From an uncultured Acidobacteriota bacterium (GTDB taxonomy: Bacteria; Actinomycetota; Acidimicrobiia; Spongiisociales; ZC4RG35): DNA of 64,000 bases. Position numbers and translations under genes: made by a program. The notes beneath the pieces are model-generated. The model saw nothing but the letters and a program-made list of their open reading frames with translations, searched no databases and was not told the DNA's origin. Each line of letters begins with the position of its first letter. Position 1 is the first letter of the stretch. The DNA is taken from contig CAVRHE010000001.1 in NCBI GenBank assembly GCA_963720925.1, positions 10,686 through 74,685 on the forward strand, in the 5' to 3' direction. Of this stretch, positions 22,180 to 32,336 are shown one piece after another.

Positions 22180-22292
22180 CACGCGTTCCGACGCGGAGAA
22201 GCAAAAAGACCGACCACGATTCGCACCCAACGGAGCTCCGAGCCAATGCCGGAAATCCTCGATTGGGCGACCACAGATCTAGCGTTCCGCCA

Positions 22293-22736
22293 ATGCGTCT
22301 CCGAGTGACGATTCTCACCGCCGTTCTACTGTTTGTCTCGGCGTGTGGTGGCGGCACCGACGCCACCACAACGACACCTTCGACGGTCCCCACGACGCCG
22401 ACCACAGTGCCGACCACCACCACCACGACCACAATCGCGGCGACAACTTCGACTCTTGGCGAGACCACCACAACCGGTCGGGAGATCGACGTAATCGTCG
22501 ATGCGGGTGAGGTAACTGGCCCGGGTCGGTTCACGTTCACTGTGGGCGATCCGGTGTCGATTTGGGTGCTCTCCGATGTCGATGCGGAGATCCACGTCCA
22601 CGGCTATGACCTCTTGTTCGAGGCAACGGCCGGAGTTCCTGTCGAAATCGCTTTGACTGCCGATGTGCCCGGGATCTGGGAGGTCGAGCTGGAGGAGACC
22701 CATATTCCTCTGTTTGCCCTCGAGGTGACTCCTTGA
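22293..22736 (+). CDS. Lipoprotein with cupredoxin-like C-terminal domain
   Basis: Lipobox VSAC, Thr linker, SDVDAEIHVHGYD...PGIWEVELE beta-sandwich pattern. Confidence 0.65.
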   Translation: MRLRVTILTAVLLFVSACGGGTDATTTTPSTVPTTPTTVPTTTTTTTIAATTSTLGETTTTGREIDVIVDAGEVTGPGRFTFTVGDPVSIWVLSDVDAEIHVHGYDLLFEATAGVPVEIALTADVPGIWEVELEETHIPLFALEVTP

Positions 22737-24091
22737 AGCGACGCTTCGGCGTCGTCACCTTCTCCGCAGGCGCGATCGTCCTCCTGATCCCAGGCGTGGC
22801 GATGGCGCACGGGATCGGAGGGCGGCTCGATCTCCCGGTGCCACTCAGCTACTTCATAGTCGGAGCCGGCGTGGTCCTGGTGATCACCTTCATCGCTCTG
22901 GCAGTCCTTTGGCCCGAGCCTCGGCTCCAGGACGGTCCCCATCACGAGGCCGCCCGCCTCACCGTGCGCCGGGGATGGCTTTTGCCCTCATTCGGGGTGA
23001 TCGGGTTGCTCCTGGTGATCGGGCAGTTGTTGCCGCCCTTGTTCGGTCTCGAGACCGATCCGACCCGCCCAAGCATTGCCCCGGTCCTGGTGTGGGTGCT
23101 CTTCTGGCTGGTGATCCCATTTGGGGGCGCCCTCATCGGCGACTGGTACACCGACATCAATCCGTGGCGATCGGTGGCCCAGGTCCTTCGGGTCGGCCGC
23201 GGCGAGAGACTGAGCGTGCTCGACACGCTCGGGATATGGCCCGCCGCGATGGTGCTGGTCGCCTTCACCTGGCTGGAGCTGGTCAGCCCCGACTCCGGCA
23301 GCCCCGTCACCTTGGGAATGGCGGCGCTCGTATACACGCTGGGGCTGTTGGCGGCCATGGCCTATGCGGGCCGGGAAACCGGGCTGGCCGTGTTCGATGC
23401 CTTCACCCCATACAACCGGCTCATCTCTGCGATCTCGCCGTTAGGGAGACGTGGCGACGGTCGTCTGGTCTGGCGGGGTTGGTTGCGGGCACTGACAGTC
23501 CTCCCCGCGTGGCGGGGGTTGCCGGCCTTCGTGGTCGTCGCGATCGGGACCGTCACCTACGACGGCGCTTCGGCGACCGAGTCGTTCCGAAGCGCTGTGG
23601 GTGATTTCGGGCAGACGATGTTCGGGGAGACGGTGCTCTTGCTCGGGTGTGTCCTCGCGGTCGGCGGCGCCTACTGGCTCGCGTCCTGGGCGGCGGCTCG
23701 AATGGGCGGCGGCCGATGGACGACCGCCAATGTGGCGATGCGCTTCGCCCACAGCCTGGTTCCGATTGCCCTCGCCTACGCCCTCGCTCACTACATGACT
23801 CTCATCCTCTTCGAGGGCCAGCAGCTGATCTCCGCTATCTCTGATCCCTTCGCCCTCGGCTGGGATCTCTTCGGAACAGCCGACCGCAAGGTCGATTTCT
23901 TCATAACCGCGGTCGAGCCGGTTTGGTACGCCCAGGTGGCGGTGATCGTCACCGGTCATGTGCTGGGTGTGATCCTGGCGCACGATCGGGCGTTGGGCGA
24001 CTTCGGGACTGAGGCGGTTCGCTCCCAATATGCGATGCTTGTCCTTATGGTTGCCCTGACCACACTTGGCCTGCTCATCCTTGCGGGGTGA
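22733..24091 (+). CDS. Uncharacterised polytopic membrane protein (family often annotated fenitrothion hydrolase FedB-like)
   Basis: Signal peptide then AHGIGGRLDLPVP, ~11 TMs, AHSLVPIALAYALAHY, SDPFALGWDLFG, GHVLGVILAHD, SQYAML. Confidence 0.75.
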   Translation: MKRRFGVVTFSAGAIVLLIPGVAMAHGIGGRLDLPVPLSYFIVGAGVVLVITFIALAVLWPEPRLQDGPHHEAARLTVRRGWLLPSFGVIGLLLVIGQLLPPLFGLETDPTRPSIAPVLVWVLFWLVIPFGGALIGDWYTDINPWRSVAQVLRVGRGERLSVLDTLGIWPAAMVLVAFTWLELVSPDSGSPVTLGMAALVYTLGLLAAMAYAGRETGLAVFDAFTPYNRLISAISPLGRRGDGRLVWRGWLRALTVLPAWRGLPAFVVVAIGTVTYDGASATESFRSAVGDFGQTMFGETVLLLGCVLAVGGAYWLASWAAARMGGGRWTTANVAMRFAHSLVPIALAYALAHYMTLILFEGQQLISAISDPFALGWDLFGTADRKVDFFITAVEPVWYAQVAVIVTGHVLGVILAHDRALGDFGTEAVRSQYAMLVLMVALTTLGLLILAG

Positions 24092-24270
24092 ACGTGATCT
24101 TTGCGCACTATGGGGGCATCGACGAGATCGGTGTCTTCGTCGTGCCCGCGGTGCTCGCCATCCTCGCCCTGCGCTGGGCAGAGCGGAGGGCAAAGCGGGC
24201 AGCTGCCGAGAAGGCGGCTGACCCCGAGATGGAAGCGGTGTCGGCAGATGAGGGCACCGATGGCGACTGA
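24088..24270 (+). CDS. Small single-TM protein
   Basis: 60 aa, overlaps both neighbours (GTGA upstream), FAHYGGIDE plus hydrophobic helix and basic tail. Confidence 0.6.
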   Translation: MNVIFAHYGGIDEIGVFVVPAVLAILALRWAERRAKRAAAEKAADPEMEAVSADEGTDGD

Positions 24271-25181
24271 TGGGCACGAGATCGCCATCCCGCTGATAAC
24301 CGATCCATCCTCGGCCGGCGTGTCGACTCGCTCCAAGGCAGCCTCCTATTTCGCACTGACCAAGCCCCGGATCATCGAGCTATTGCTCATCACCACCGTG
24401 CCGTCGATGGTGCTTGCCGCAGGTCGCTGGCCCGGGCTCTGGCCCGTCCTGGCCACACTGATCGGAGGATCGCTCTCGGCCGGGGGAGCAAATGCGCTGA
24501 ACAACTACGTGGACCGTGACATCGACGAGATCATGAAGAGAACCGTTCGAGGCCTCTCGCCCGGCACGAGGTGCCCCCATCCAACGCGCTGGTGTTCGGG
24601 ATCGCACTCGGTGTCGCCGGGTTCGCCTGGCTGTGGGTCACCACCAACCTTCTCGCCGCCGCAATAGCTACTGCTGCCCTGCTCTTCTACGTGTTCGTCT
24701 ACACCTTGAGGCTGAAGCGGACCAGCACCCAGAACATCGTGATCGGTGGCGCGGCTGGAGCCGCACCTGCTCTTGTCGGCTGGGCCGCCGTGACCGGATC
24801 GCTCGCACTCCCTGCTTGGGTCCTGTTCTTGGTCGTGTTCTATTGGACACCACCACATTTCTGGGCTCTCGCCATCGATACCGGGACGACTACGAGAGGG
24901 CTGGGGTCCCCATGCTCCCGGTGGTGGCGGGGGTCGAGGCAACCACTCGCAAGATGCTGCTCTATACCGGGCTCATGGTGGCGATCAGTCTGCTCCTGGT
25001 CCCGGTGGCCGGGATGCGCTGGATCTACCTGATTGCCGCAATTGTGCTCGGCGCCTGGTTCCTCTGGGACACCTGGCGTGTCTATCGCCGCCCGGAGGAT
25101 GCGATGAGGCTCTTCACCACATCGACCGTGTATCTGTCGGCCCTCTTTGGCGCGGTCATGCTCGACGTGCTGGTGCGATGA
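24260..25181 (+). CDS. ctaB: Protoheme IX farnesyltransferase (heme o synthase), frameshifts ~24545 and ~24878
   Basis: [51 protein letters not shown]. Confidence 0.92.
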
Positions 25182-26014
25182 GGCGTTTGGTTTCGGGGCT
25201 CCTCGGGCTCATGATCTTGCTCGTCGCCTGCGGATCCGACGAGGTCGAGCCCTTCGTCGTGGTGGCGTCGAGCAACGGAAGCATCGGCATCGGTGAGCAG
25301 CGGTTGCTCTTCGCGCTCGTCGACCCGGAGACAGACGAGTTTCTGGCTTCCCCGGACCGAGAGGCCACGGTGACCATCCGTGACGAGAACGGCTCGCCTC
25401 TCGACAGCTACCCAATGGAGTTCATCTGGACGGTTCCCGATGTCCGCGGGCTCTATGTCGCCCACGTCGACATCCCGGAGGCAGCCACCTATCAGGCCAC
25501 CATCGATGCCGAAGGGATGGCAACGGCCGGGCCGGCCGGTTTCGTTGCCTTCGACGACCCACCCCTGATCGAGCCTGGCGAGGAGGCGCCCGCCTCGGCG
25601 ACCCGTACTTCGGCCGAATTCCCCGATCTGTCGGTCATCACCTCCGACCCCGAGCCCGATCCGGCCATGTACGAATCGAGCGTCGCTTCGGCCGTCACGT
25701 CCGGGGTCCCGTCCGTGATCGTTTTCGCCACCCCAGCATTCTGCGCCTCTCAGACCTGTGGCCCGCTCCTCGACCAGGTCAAGGCGCTCCGCCCGGACTA
25801 CCCCGGGGTCGAGTTCGTCCACGTCGAGATCTACGAGGATCTTCAGGTCTCCTCCCCCGAGGAGCTGACCGTGGTCCCGGCGACGGATGAGTGGGGGCTC
25901 CCGTCCGAGCCCTGGGTATTCGTGGTGGACCCCTCAGGCGTGGTCACCTCGGCGTTCGAGGGTGCCGCCTCCGACGCCGAGCTGACCGCCGCAATCGATG
26001 CCGTCAGCCCATAG
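25178..26014 (+). CDS. Lipoprotein with thioredoxin-like C-terminal domain (CxxxxC)
   Basis: Lipobox LVAC; IVFATPAFCASQTCGP, FVHVEIY, WGLPSEPWVFVVD. Confidence 0.75.
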   Translation: MRRLVSGLLGLMILLVACGSDEVEPFVVVASSNGSIGIGEQRLLFALVDPETDEFLASPDREATVTIRDENGSPLDSYPMEFIWTVPDVRGLYVAHVDIPEAATYQATIDAEGMATAGPAGFVAFDDPPLIEPGEEAPASATRTSAEFPDLSVITSDPEPDPAMYESSVASAVTSGVPSVIVFATPAFCASQTCGPLLDQVKALRPDYPGVEFVHVEIYEDLQVSSPEELTVVPATDEWGLPSEPWVFVVDPSGVVTSAFEGAASDAELTAAIDAVSP

Positions 26015-26053
26015 TTGGTCGGTGGTTTGGCGAGTCCGTATGATGCCAGGCCG

Positions 26054-27112
26054 ATGGCTCGGTCCCGTCACCGCCTGATTCGCCTCGGCGTCCTTCTCGG
26101 CGCCGTCCTCTTCCTCGGGGCTTGCTCATTCCTCGGCAGCGAGGATCAGCCTCTCACCACCTTCGAGCCGGCAGGCCCGTTCGCCGAGCAGATCAACAAC
26201 CTCTTCTGGCCGGTCTTCTGGATCGCCGTCGCCGTGTTCATCCTGGTGATGGCGGCGATCCTGGTGGCCGTTTTCCTGTTCCGTGATCGCAGCGGCGCCA
26301 AGGAGGCCAAGCAGCTCCACGGCAGCCCGAAGTTGGAGATCGCCTGGACTGTCATCCCGGCTCTCATCCTGGCCGGGATCGCGGTGCCCACCACCGCCGC
26401 GGTGTTCGAATTGACCGAGTGTGACCCCGACGCCATCGAGATCCAGGTGACCGGGCATCAATGGTGGTTCGAGTACCACTACCCCGAAGCGGAGATCGAC
26501 ACGGCCAACATCATGGTGATCCCCGCCGGCCAGGAGGTCTGCGCCGTGATGACCTCCGACGACGTCCTCCACAACTTCTGGATCCCCGCCCTGAACGGCA
26601 AGCGTTACCTGGTCCCTGGCCAGACGACCTTGCTCCGTCTTCAGGCCGACGAGCCGGGCACCTACTGGGGTCATTGCGCGGAATTCTGTGGTCTCTCCCA
26701 CTCCCTGATGCGGGCCAGGGTCCAGGCCGTGGAGCCGGCCGAGTATGAGGCCTGGCTGGCCGAGCAGGAGACGGCAGCCGCCGTCCCCGAGGAGGGAGCA
26801 CCCGGGTTCGACGGCTATCAGCTGTTTCGGGAAAAGGGCTGTACTCAATGCCACACGTTGCGTTTCGAGGACGAAGCCGCCTCGAACATCATCGACCGCG
26901 CCTCATTCAATGGGCCCAACCTGACCCATTTCGCCTCGCGGCCCGTCTTCGCCGGGGCCGTCCTCCCCGAAGAGGGTCAAACCCGGGACGATGCCCTCAA
27001 GGACTGGCTGGCCGATCCGCCGTACATCAAACCCGGGAGCTTCATGCCCGACCTCGCCTTGACCGAGGCCGAGATCGATGCTCTCATCGTCTGGCTGGAC
27101 ACCCTGGAATGA
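26054..27112 (+). CDS. ctaC: Cytochrome c oxidase subunit II with fused cytochrome c domain
   Basis: Lipobox LGAC, GHQWWF, DVLH, CuA motif CAEFCGLSHSLM, heme c CTQCH, KPGSFMP. Confidence 0.95.
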   Translation: MARSRHRLIRLGVLLGAVLFLGACSFLGSEDQPLTTFEPAGPFAEQINNLFWPVFWIAVAVFILVMAAILVAVFLFRDRSGAKEAKQLHGSPKLEIAWTVIPALILAGIAVPTTAAVFELTECDPDAIEIQVTGHQWWFEYHYPEAEIDTANIMVIPAGQEVCAVMTSDDVLHNFWIPALNGKRYLVPGQTTLLRLQADEPGTYWGHCAEFCGLSHSLMRARVQAVEPAEYEAWLAEQETAAAVPEEGAPGFDGYQLFREKGCTQCHTLRFEDEAASNIIDRASFNGPNLTHFASRPVFAGAVLPEEGQTRDDALKDWLADPPYIKPGSFMPDLALTEAEIDALIVWLDTLE

Positions 27113-29185
27113 CCGCAACCGCCGAACGCCCAACTACCACGATCTTTCGCCGACCGAGCTCGACGACCGGGCTGTGGTCGTGGCTCACCACCGTGGATCA
27201 CAAGCGGATCGGGATCATGTACGGCTACGCCGCCTTCACCTTCTTCATCATCGGTGGAGTCGAGGCCCTCCTACTCCGCATCCAGCTCTCCCAAGCCAAC
27301 GGCGAGTTCCTGACCGCAGGCGCCTACAACGCGCTGTTCACGATGCACGGGACGACGATGATCTTCCTGTTCGTCATGCCGGCCTCGTCGGCGCTGATGA
27401 ACTACATGCTCCCGCTGCTGATCGGGGCGCGAGACGTCGCCTTCCCCCGGCTCAATGCACTTTCGTGGTGGATCTTCTTCTTCGGGGGCATCTTTCTCTA
27501 CTCGACCTTCATCTTCGGCACCTCGGCGCCACCGATCGGGGTCGATGGCCTCGGCGGCGTCGATGGGAACCTGGCCCCCGGAGGTGGGCCCGGGAGTTTC
27601 AACTTCTTGGCCGATTCTCCGGACGGGGGCTGGTTCGGGTACCAGCCCAACGCCGGGCCCCTCTACTCCCCGGGGACGGCGATGGACTACTGGGCTCTCG
27701 GGCTCCAGATCATCGGCCTCGCCTCTCTGGTGTCGTCGGTCAACTTCCTCGTCACCGTGCTCAATTTGCGGGCCAGAGGAATGCGTCTGCTCCGCATGCC
27801 TGTGTTCGCCTGGATGACGACCATCACATCCTTCCTCCTCCTCTTCTCCCTGCCGATCATCGCCGTCGCCTTGTTCATGGTGACTTTCGACCGCCAATTC
27901 GGCTCGTTGTTCTTCGCCGCGCAGGCCGGTGGCGATGTCGATCCTGTGGCAGCACCTGTTCTGGCTATTCGGTCATCCCGAGGTCTACATCTTGATCCTC
28001 CCGGCGATGGGGATCGTCTCCGAGATCCTCCCCACCTTCTCCCGAAAACCGCTGTTCGGGTATTCGGCGGTGGTGTTCGCCGGCGCGGCCATTGCCTTCC
28101 TCGGCTTCGGCGTGTGGGCCCATCACATGTTCGCCTCCGGCATCACGCCCGTGGCTCAGGCGGCGTTCGGTCTCGCCACCATGACCATCGCCATCCCGAC
28201 CGGGATCAAGATCTTCAACTGGCTCGGCACGATGTGGATGGGACGCATCCGATTGTCCACGCCGATGCTGTTCGCCATCGGCTTCGTTGCCATGTTCACC
28301 ATCGGCGGGCTCTCCGGTGTGACCCATGCCGTGGTCCCGTCTGACTGGCAGCAGACGGACACCTATTACATCGTCGCCCATTTCCACTATGTGATCTTCG
28401 GGGGGGCCGTCTTCGGGCTGTTCGGCGGGCTCTACTACTGGTTCCCCAAGCTCACCGGACGGGTGATGAACGAGCGATTGGGCAAGATCCATTTCTGGCT
28501 GATGCTGGTCGGATTCAACCTCACCTTCGGACCGATGCACTGGCTTGGTCTTCAGGGAATGGTCCGGCGAACCTGGAAGTACGCACCGGAGACCGGTCTC
28601 GAGCCGTGGAACATCGCCGTCACCATCGGCGCCTTCATCATCGCCCTCTCCATCCTGATCTTCATGATCAACTGGTTCACCAGCCGCCGTCGCGGCCAGG
28701 CTTCGGGGCTCGACCCCTGGGATGCCCGCACCATCGAGTGGATGTCGCCCAACCCGTCTCCCGAGTACAACTTCGCCGTGCCCCCGGTGGTGACGAGCCT
28801 CGACCATTTCTGGCATCTCAAATACGACGAGGACGCTGAAGGTCGTGCCGTTCGCAAGGAAGATGGCGACGAGATCGTGGCGACCATCGAGCACCAGCAG
28901 CTCAACCCCGAGTCACCGATCCTTCTCCCCAACCCTTCGTACTTCCCGTTCTTCTTCGCCCTCGGGCTGCCGCTGATGTTCTACGGGGTCATCTACCACG
29001 AGGCGATGTGGGGCAAGGGCCTCATCCTGGTGGGGCTGATCATCGCCCTCTCGGCCGTCATCGGCTGGGCCATCGAACCGCTCGAAGAGCCCCATGCGGG
29101 GCACGACGGAATCGAGGACGGGGACCATGACGACGAGCTCGAGCCTGCCCTCGAGGCCGGGACTTCGGAGTCGGTCGATGACTGA
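27109..29185 (+). CDS. ctaD: Cytochrome c oxidase subunit I, A1-type (frameshift ~27940)
   Basis: [31 protein letters not shown], two extra C-terminal TMs. Confidence 0.95.
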
Positions 29186-29807
29186 ACTCACCCACGAGTC
29201 CGAGCTGGGCCACGCCCACCCCGAGCACGAGGGGACCGGGGTCGAGAACCGCAAGCTGGGAATGTGGCTTTTCCTCAGCTCGGAATTCCTCTTCTTCGGC
29301 GCGCTGATCTCCAACTACCTGCTCTACTCCAAGCGGCCCGGCTTCCCCCTGCCGTACCCAGCGGACATCTACGACATCCCATTCACCTCGGTGAGCTCAT
29401 TCGTGCTGCTGATGAGCTCCCTCACCATGGTGTTGGCCCACAACGCCCAGAGCCGGCAGGACGCCAACGGGACACGGACCTGGCTTTTCGCCACCGCCGC
29501 CCTTGGCTCGGTGTTCCTCGGCGGCCAGGTCTTCGAGTTCACGACCTTCATCGTCGAAGACGGCATGAAGATGAGCACCAACCCTGCCGCCTCGGCCTTC
29601 TACCTACTCACTGGATTTCATGGGACTCACGTCGCCATCGGAGTGATCATGCTTCTCTCTTTGTGGGGGATCTCACGACGACGGGGCGAGTTGAGCGACC
29701 GTCACGGCCTCAATCTGGAGCTGGTGGGTCTCTACTGGCACTTCGTGGACATCATCTGGATCGTGATTTTCACCGTCGTCTACCTGCTCTCAGTCCCACC
29801 GGTATGA
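29178..29807 (+). CDS. ctaE: Cytochrome c oxidase subunit III
   Basis: [34 protein letters not shown]. Confidence 0.95.
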   Translation: MTELTHESELGHAHPEHEGTGVENRKLGMWLFLSSEFLFFGALISNYLLYSKRPGFPLPYPADIYDIPFTSVSSFVLLMSSLTMVLAHNAQSRQDANGTRTWLFATAALGSVFLGGQVFEFTTFIVEDGMKMSTNPAASAFYLLTGFHGTHVAIGVIMLLSLWGISRRRGELSDRHGLNLELVGLYWHFVDIIWIVIFTVVYLLSVPPV

Positions 29808-30118
29808 GCAGCGTCGAGCACATCCATCATCCGACTCCGGCTCAGTACTGGAAGATTGCGGTGGTACTGGCCGTCCTGACGGCAGTCGAGGTCGCCATCT
29901 ACTACATCCACAGGGATTTCGACCTCGGCAATTTCAACACCGTGCTCCTGATCTCCTTGGCCGCGCTCAAGTTCGTCATCGTGATCGGGTGGTACATGCA
30001 TCTCCGCTTCGAGAATCGCATCCTGACGCGATTCTTCACAGCCGGAATCATCCTGGCCTGCGCCCTGTACACGATCATCCTCACCGCACTCGGGGCGATC
30101 CTCGCCATCGGTGTTTGA
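29804..30118 (+). CDS. Cytochrome c oxidase subunit IV family protein
   Basis: Three TMs, LTAVE, KFVIVIGWYMHLRFE; ATGA overlap. Confidence 0.85.
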   Translation: MSSVEHIHHPTPAQYWKIAVVLAVLTAVEVAIYYIHRDFDLGNFNTVLLISLAALKFVIVIGWYMHLRFENRILTRFFTAGIILACALYTIILTALGAILAIGV

Positions 30119-30926
30119 CGTGATCCCCCCGTTTCACCCCCATTACGACGTCTGGGCTCTGGCCTTCGCCCTCGCCTTCGGTTACTGGTACGCCGACCGC
30201 AGGCTTCGGCCGGTGCTCGCCCCCGATGCGCCACCGGCGACCACGGGCCAGAAATGGCAGTGGTACCTGGCGGTCGTGGCCCTGTGGATGGTCTCGGGTT
30301 GGCCAATCCACGACATCGGCGAAACGTCCTTGTTCACGGTGCACATGGTCGAGCACATGGTCATCGCCTTGGTGATTCCGGCCCTGATGCTCCGGGGTAC
30401 GCCGAGATGGCTCGCTGATGCGACCATCGGGCATCCCAAGGTCGCCCCGTTTATCCGACCGCTGGCCCGCCCCGTGCCTGCCTTCGTCCTGTTCAACTCC
30501 ACCTTCATCATCATCCACTGGCCCGATCTGGTTGCCCTCATGGTGCAGGGAGGCCCGCCCCATCTCCTGGTCCACGCCTGGCTGTTCGGCGTCTCCATCC
30601 TGATGTGGCTCCCCGTGTTGTCTCCGACTCCGGCCATCCCGAGGCTTTCCCCTCCAGTGCAGATGTTCTATCTGTTCGCCCAGTCGCTGCTGCCCACCAT
30701 CCCGGCATCGTTCCTCACGTTCTCCACGGTCCCCCTGTACCCGGTCTACGGCGATGCCGCCCTCGCCTTCGGACTCACTGCGGTGGAGGACCAGACCATC
30801 GCCGGTGTCATCATGAAGCTGGGCGGTGGCCTGCTCCTGTGGACGACGATCGCAGTGATCTGGTTTCGCTGGACGAAGCAGGAACGCGAGTGGGAGCGTC
30901 TCGAGTCCACGCTTCGGGCATCCTGA
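30111..30926 (+). CDS. ctaG: Caa3-type oxidase assembly factor CtaG family
   Basis: WPIHDIGE, HMVEHM, HWP, EDQTIAGVIMK. Confidence 0.85.
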   Translation: MFDVIPPFHPHYDVWALAFALAFGYWYADRRLRPVLAPDAPPATTGQKWQWYLAVVALWMVSGWPIHDIGETSLFTVHMVEHMVIALVIPALMLRGTPRWLADATIGHPKVAPFIRPLARPVPAFVLFNSTFIIIHWPDLVALMVQGGPPHLLVHAWLFGVSILMWLPVLSPTPAIPRLSPPVQMFYLFAQSLLPTIPASFLTFSTVPLYPVYGDAALAFGLTAVEDQTIAGVIMKLGGGLLLWTTIAVIWFRWTKQEREWERLESTLRAS

Positions 30927-31210
30927 GGTCGGTCGCCGTCGTCGTGATGCTTCTCGGATTGGTCGCCTGCAATCAGACGGAGGGCACTGCGCGCGGCGTG
31001 GTTACCTCGGTGGACGGCAGCCTGGAGGACGTCTCTTCGTTCGTGGTCCTGGTCGAGGGCTCCGAGCTCGAATTCACCCCTACCGCCGAAGGCGAATACG
31101 ACTTTCCTCTGTCTCACCTCAGAGAGCACCAACGGACGGGAGAGCCGGTTCTCGTTGGATGGGAGATCGTGGGTAGCGTGCGGTACGCACTGAGCCTGGC
31201 TGACGGGTAG
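30890..31210 (+). CDS. Small hypothetical lipoprotein (start uncertain)
   Basis: Lipobox LVAC, beta-rich body GVVTSVDG...SHLREH...PVLV. Confidence 0.6.
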   Translation: MGASRVHASGILRSVAVVVMLLGLVACNQTEGTARGVVTSVDGSLEDVSSFVVLVEGSELEFTPTAEGEYDFPLSHLREHQRTGEPVLVGWEIVGSVRYALSLADG

Positions 31211-31238
31211 AGGGCGGCCAACCGAGTACGAGGAGCAC

Positions 31239-32336
31239 ATGCCGATCGACCTACCGCCAGGTCATTTCTTCCTACCCGGTCCCACCGAGGTCGATCCCGA
31301 GGTGCTCGCTGCGCAGACCCGTCCGATGATCGGCCATCGGGGGCGGGCCATCGAAGAGTTGCTCGCCGGTCTGCAGGAAGGCCTGAAGCGGGTCTTTCTC
31401 ACCGACCAGCCGGTGATCATCTCGACCTCGTCGGCTACGGGTCTGATGGAGGCCTCTGTGCGCAACGGGGTGGCCGGTGGCAGGGTCTTGAGCCTGGTCA
31501 ATGGCGCCTTCTCGTCGAGGTTCGCCGAGATCGCCATGGCCTGTGGCCACGACACCGAAGTGTGGTCAGTCGAGTGGGGCCAGGTTCACGATGCCGCCGA
31601 GCTCGCAACGAGGCTGGAGCAGGGCAGCTTCGACGCGGTGACGATGACCCATTCCGAGACTTCGACAGGTGCCCTTCAGGACCTTGCCGCGATCGCCGAG
31701 GTCACCGGACGTCATGACGGTGTGATGCTCTTGATCGACTCCGTCACCGGAGTGGCGGGAGCCGAGGTCCGCACCGACGAGTGGGGGCTGGATTTCATCC
31801 TCACCGGCTCGCAGAAAGCCCTCGCCCTTCCCCCGGGCCTGGCGTTCGCCGTCGCCTCGCCGACGATGCTGGATCGGTCGGCCCAGGCCACCAACAAGGG
31901 CTACTACTTCGACTTGCTGCCGTTGATCAAGTCGCTCGAGGCATTTCAAACCCCGTCGACGCCGGCGATCTCGCTTCTCTACGCCCTGGAAGTCCAGTTG
32001 GGGCGAATCATGGGGGAGGGAATCGAACAGCGTTGGGAACGCCACGCCGCGATGCGCACCGCGACGATCGAATGGGTCGACGCCCTCCGCGCCGAAGGGG
32101 TGGAGGTTGCGGTGCTGGCACCGGAGGGACATCGTTCCCCGACAATCACTTGCATCCGCCTTCCCGAGGGAACTTCCGGTCCCGAGGTCGTGGCCGCGAT
32201 GAGGGAACGGGGATGGGTGATCGGCGGCGGCTATTCGAGGCTGAAGGAGTCGACTATTCGCATCGGGCACATGGGAGACCACGACCCGAAGGTGCTCGGG
32301 GAACTTCTCGGTACCCTCGGTGAGGTGCTTCGTTGA
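31239..32336 (+). CDS. Class V PLP aminotransferase (alanine-glyoxylate/serine-pyruvate type)
   Basis: LPGPT, HSETSTG, IDSV, GSQKALALPPG, IRIGHMG. Confidence 0.9.
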   Translation: MPIDLPPGHFFLPGPTEVDPEVLAAQTRPMIGHRGRAIEELLAGLQEGLKRVFLTDQPVIISTSSATGLMEASVRNGVAGGRVLSLVNGAFSSRFAEIAMACGHDTEVWSVEWGQVHDAAELATRLEQGSFDAVTMTHSETSTGALQDLAAIAEVTGRHDGVMLLIDSVTGVAGAEVRTDEWGLDFILTGSQKALALPPGLAFAVASPTMLDRSAQATNKGYYFDLLPLIKSLEAFQTPSTPAISLLYALEVQLGRIMGEGIEQRWERHAAMRTATIEWVDALRAEGVEVAVLAPEGHRSPTITCIRLPEGTSGPEVVAAMRERGWVIGGGYSRLKESTIRIGHMGDHDPKVLGELLGTLGEVLR

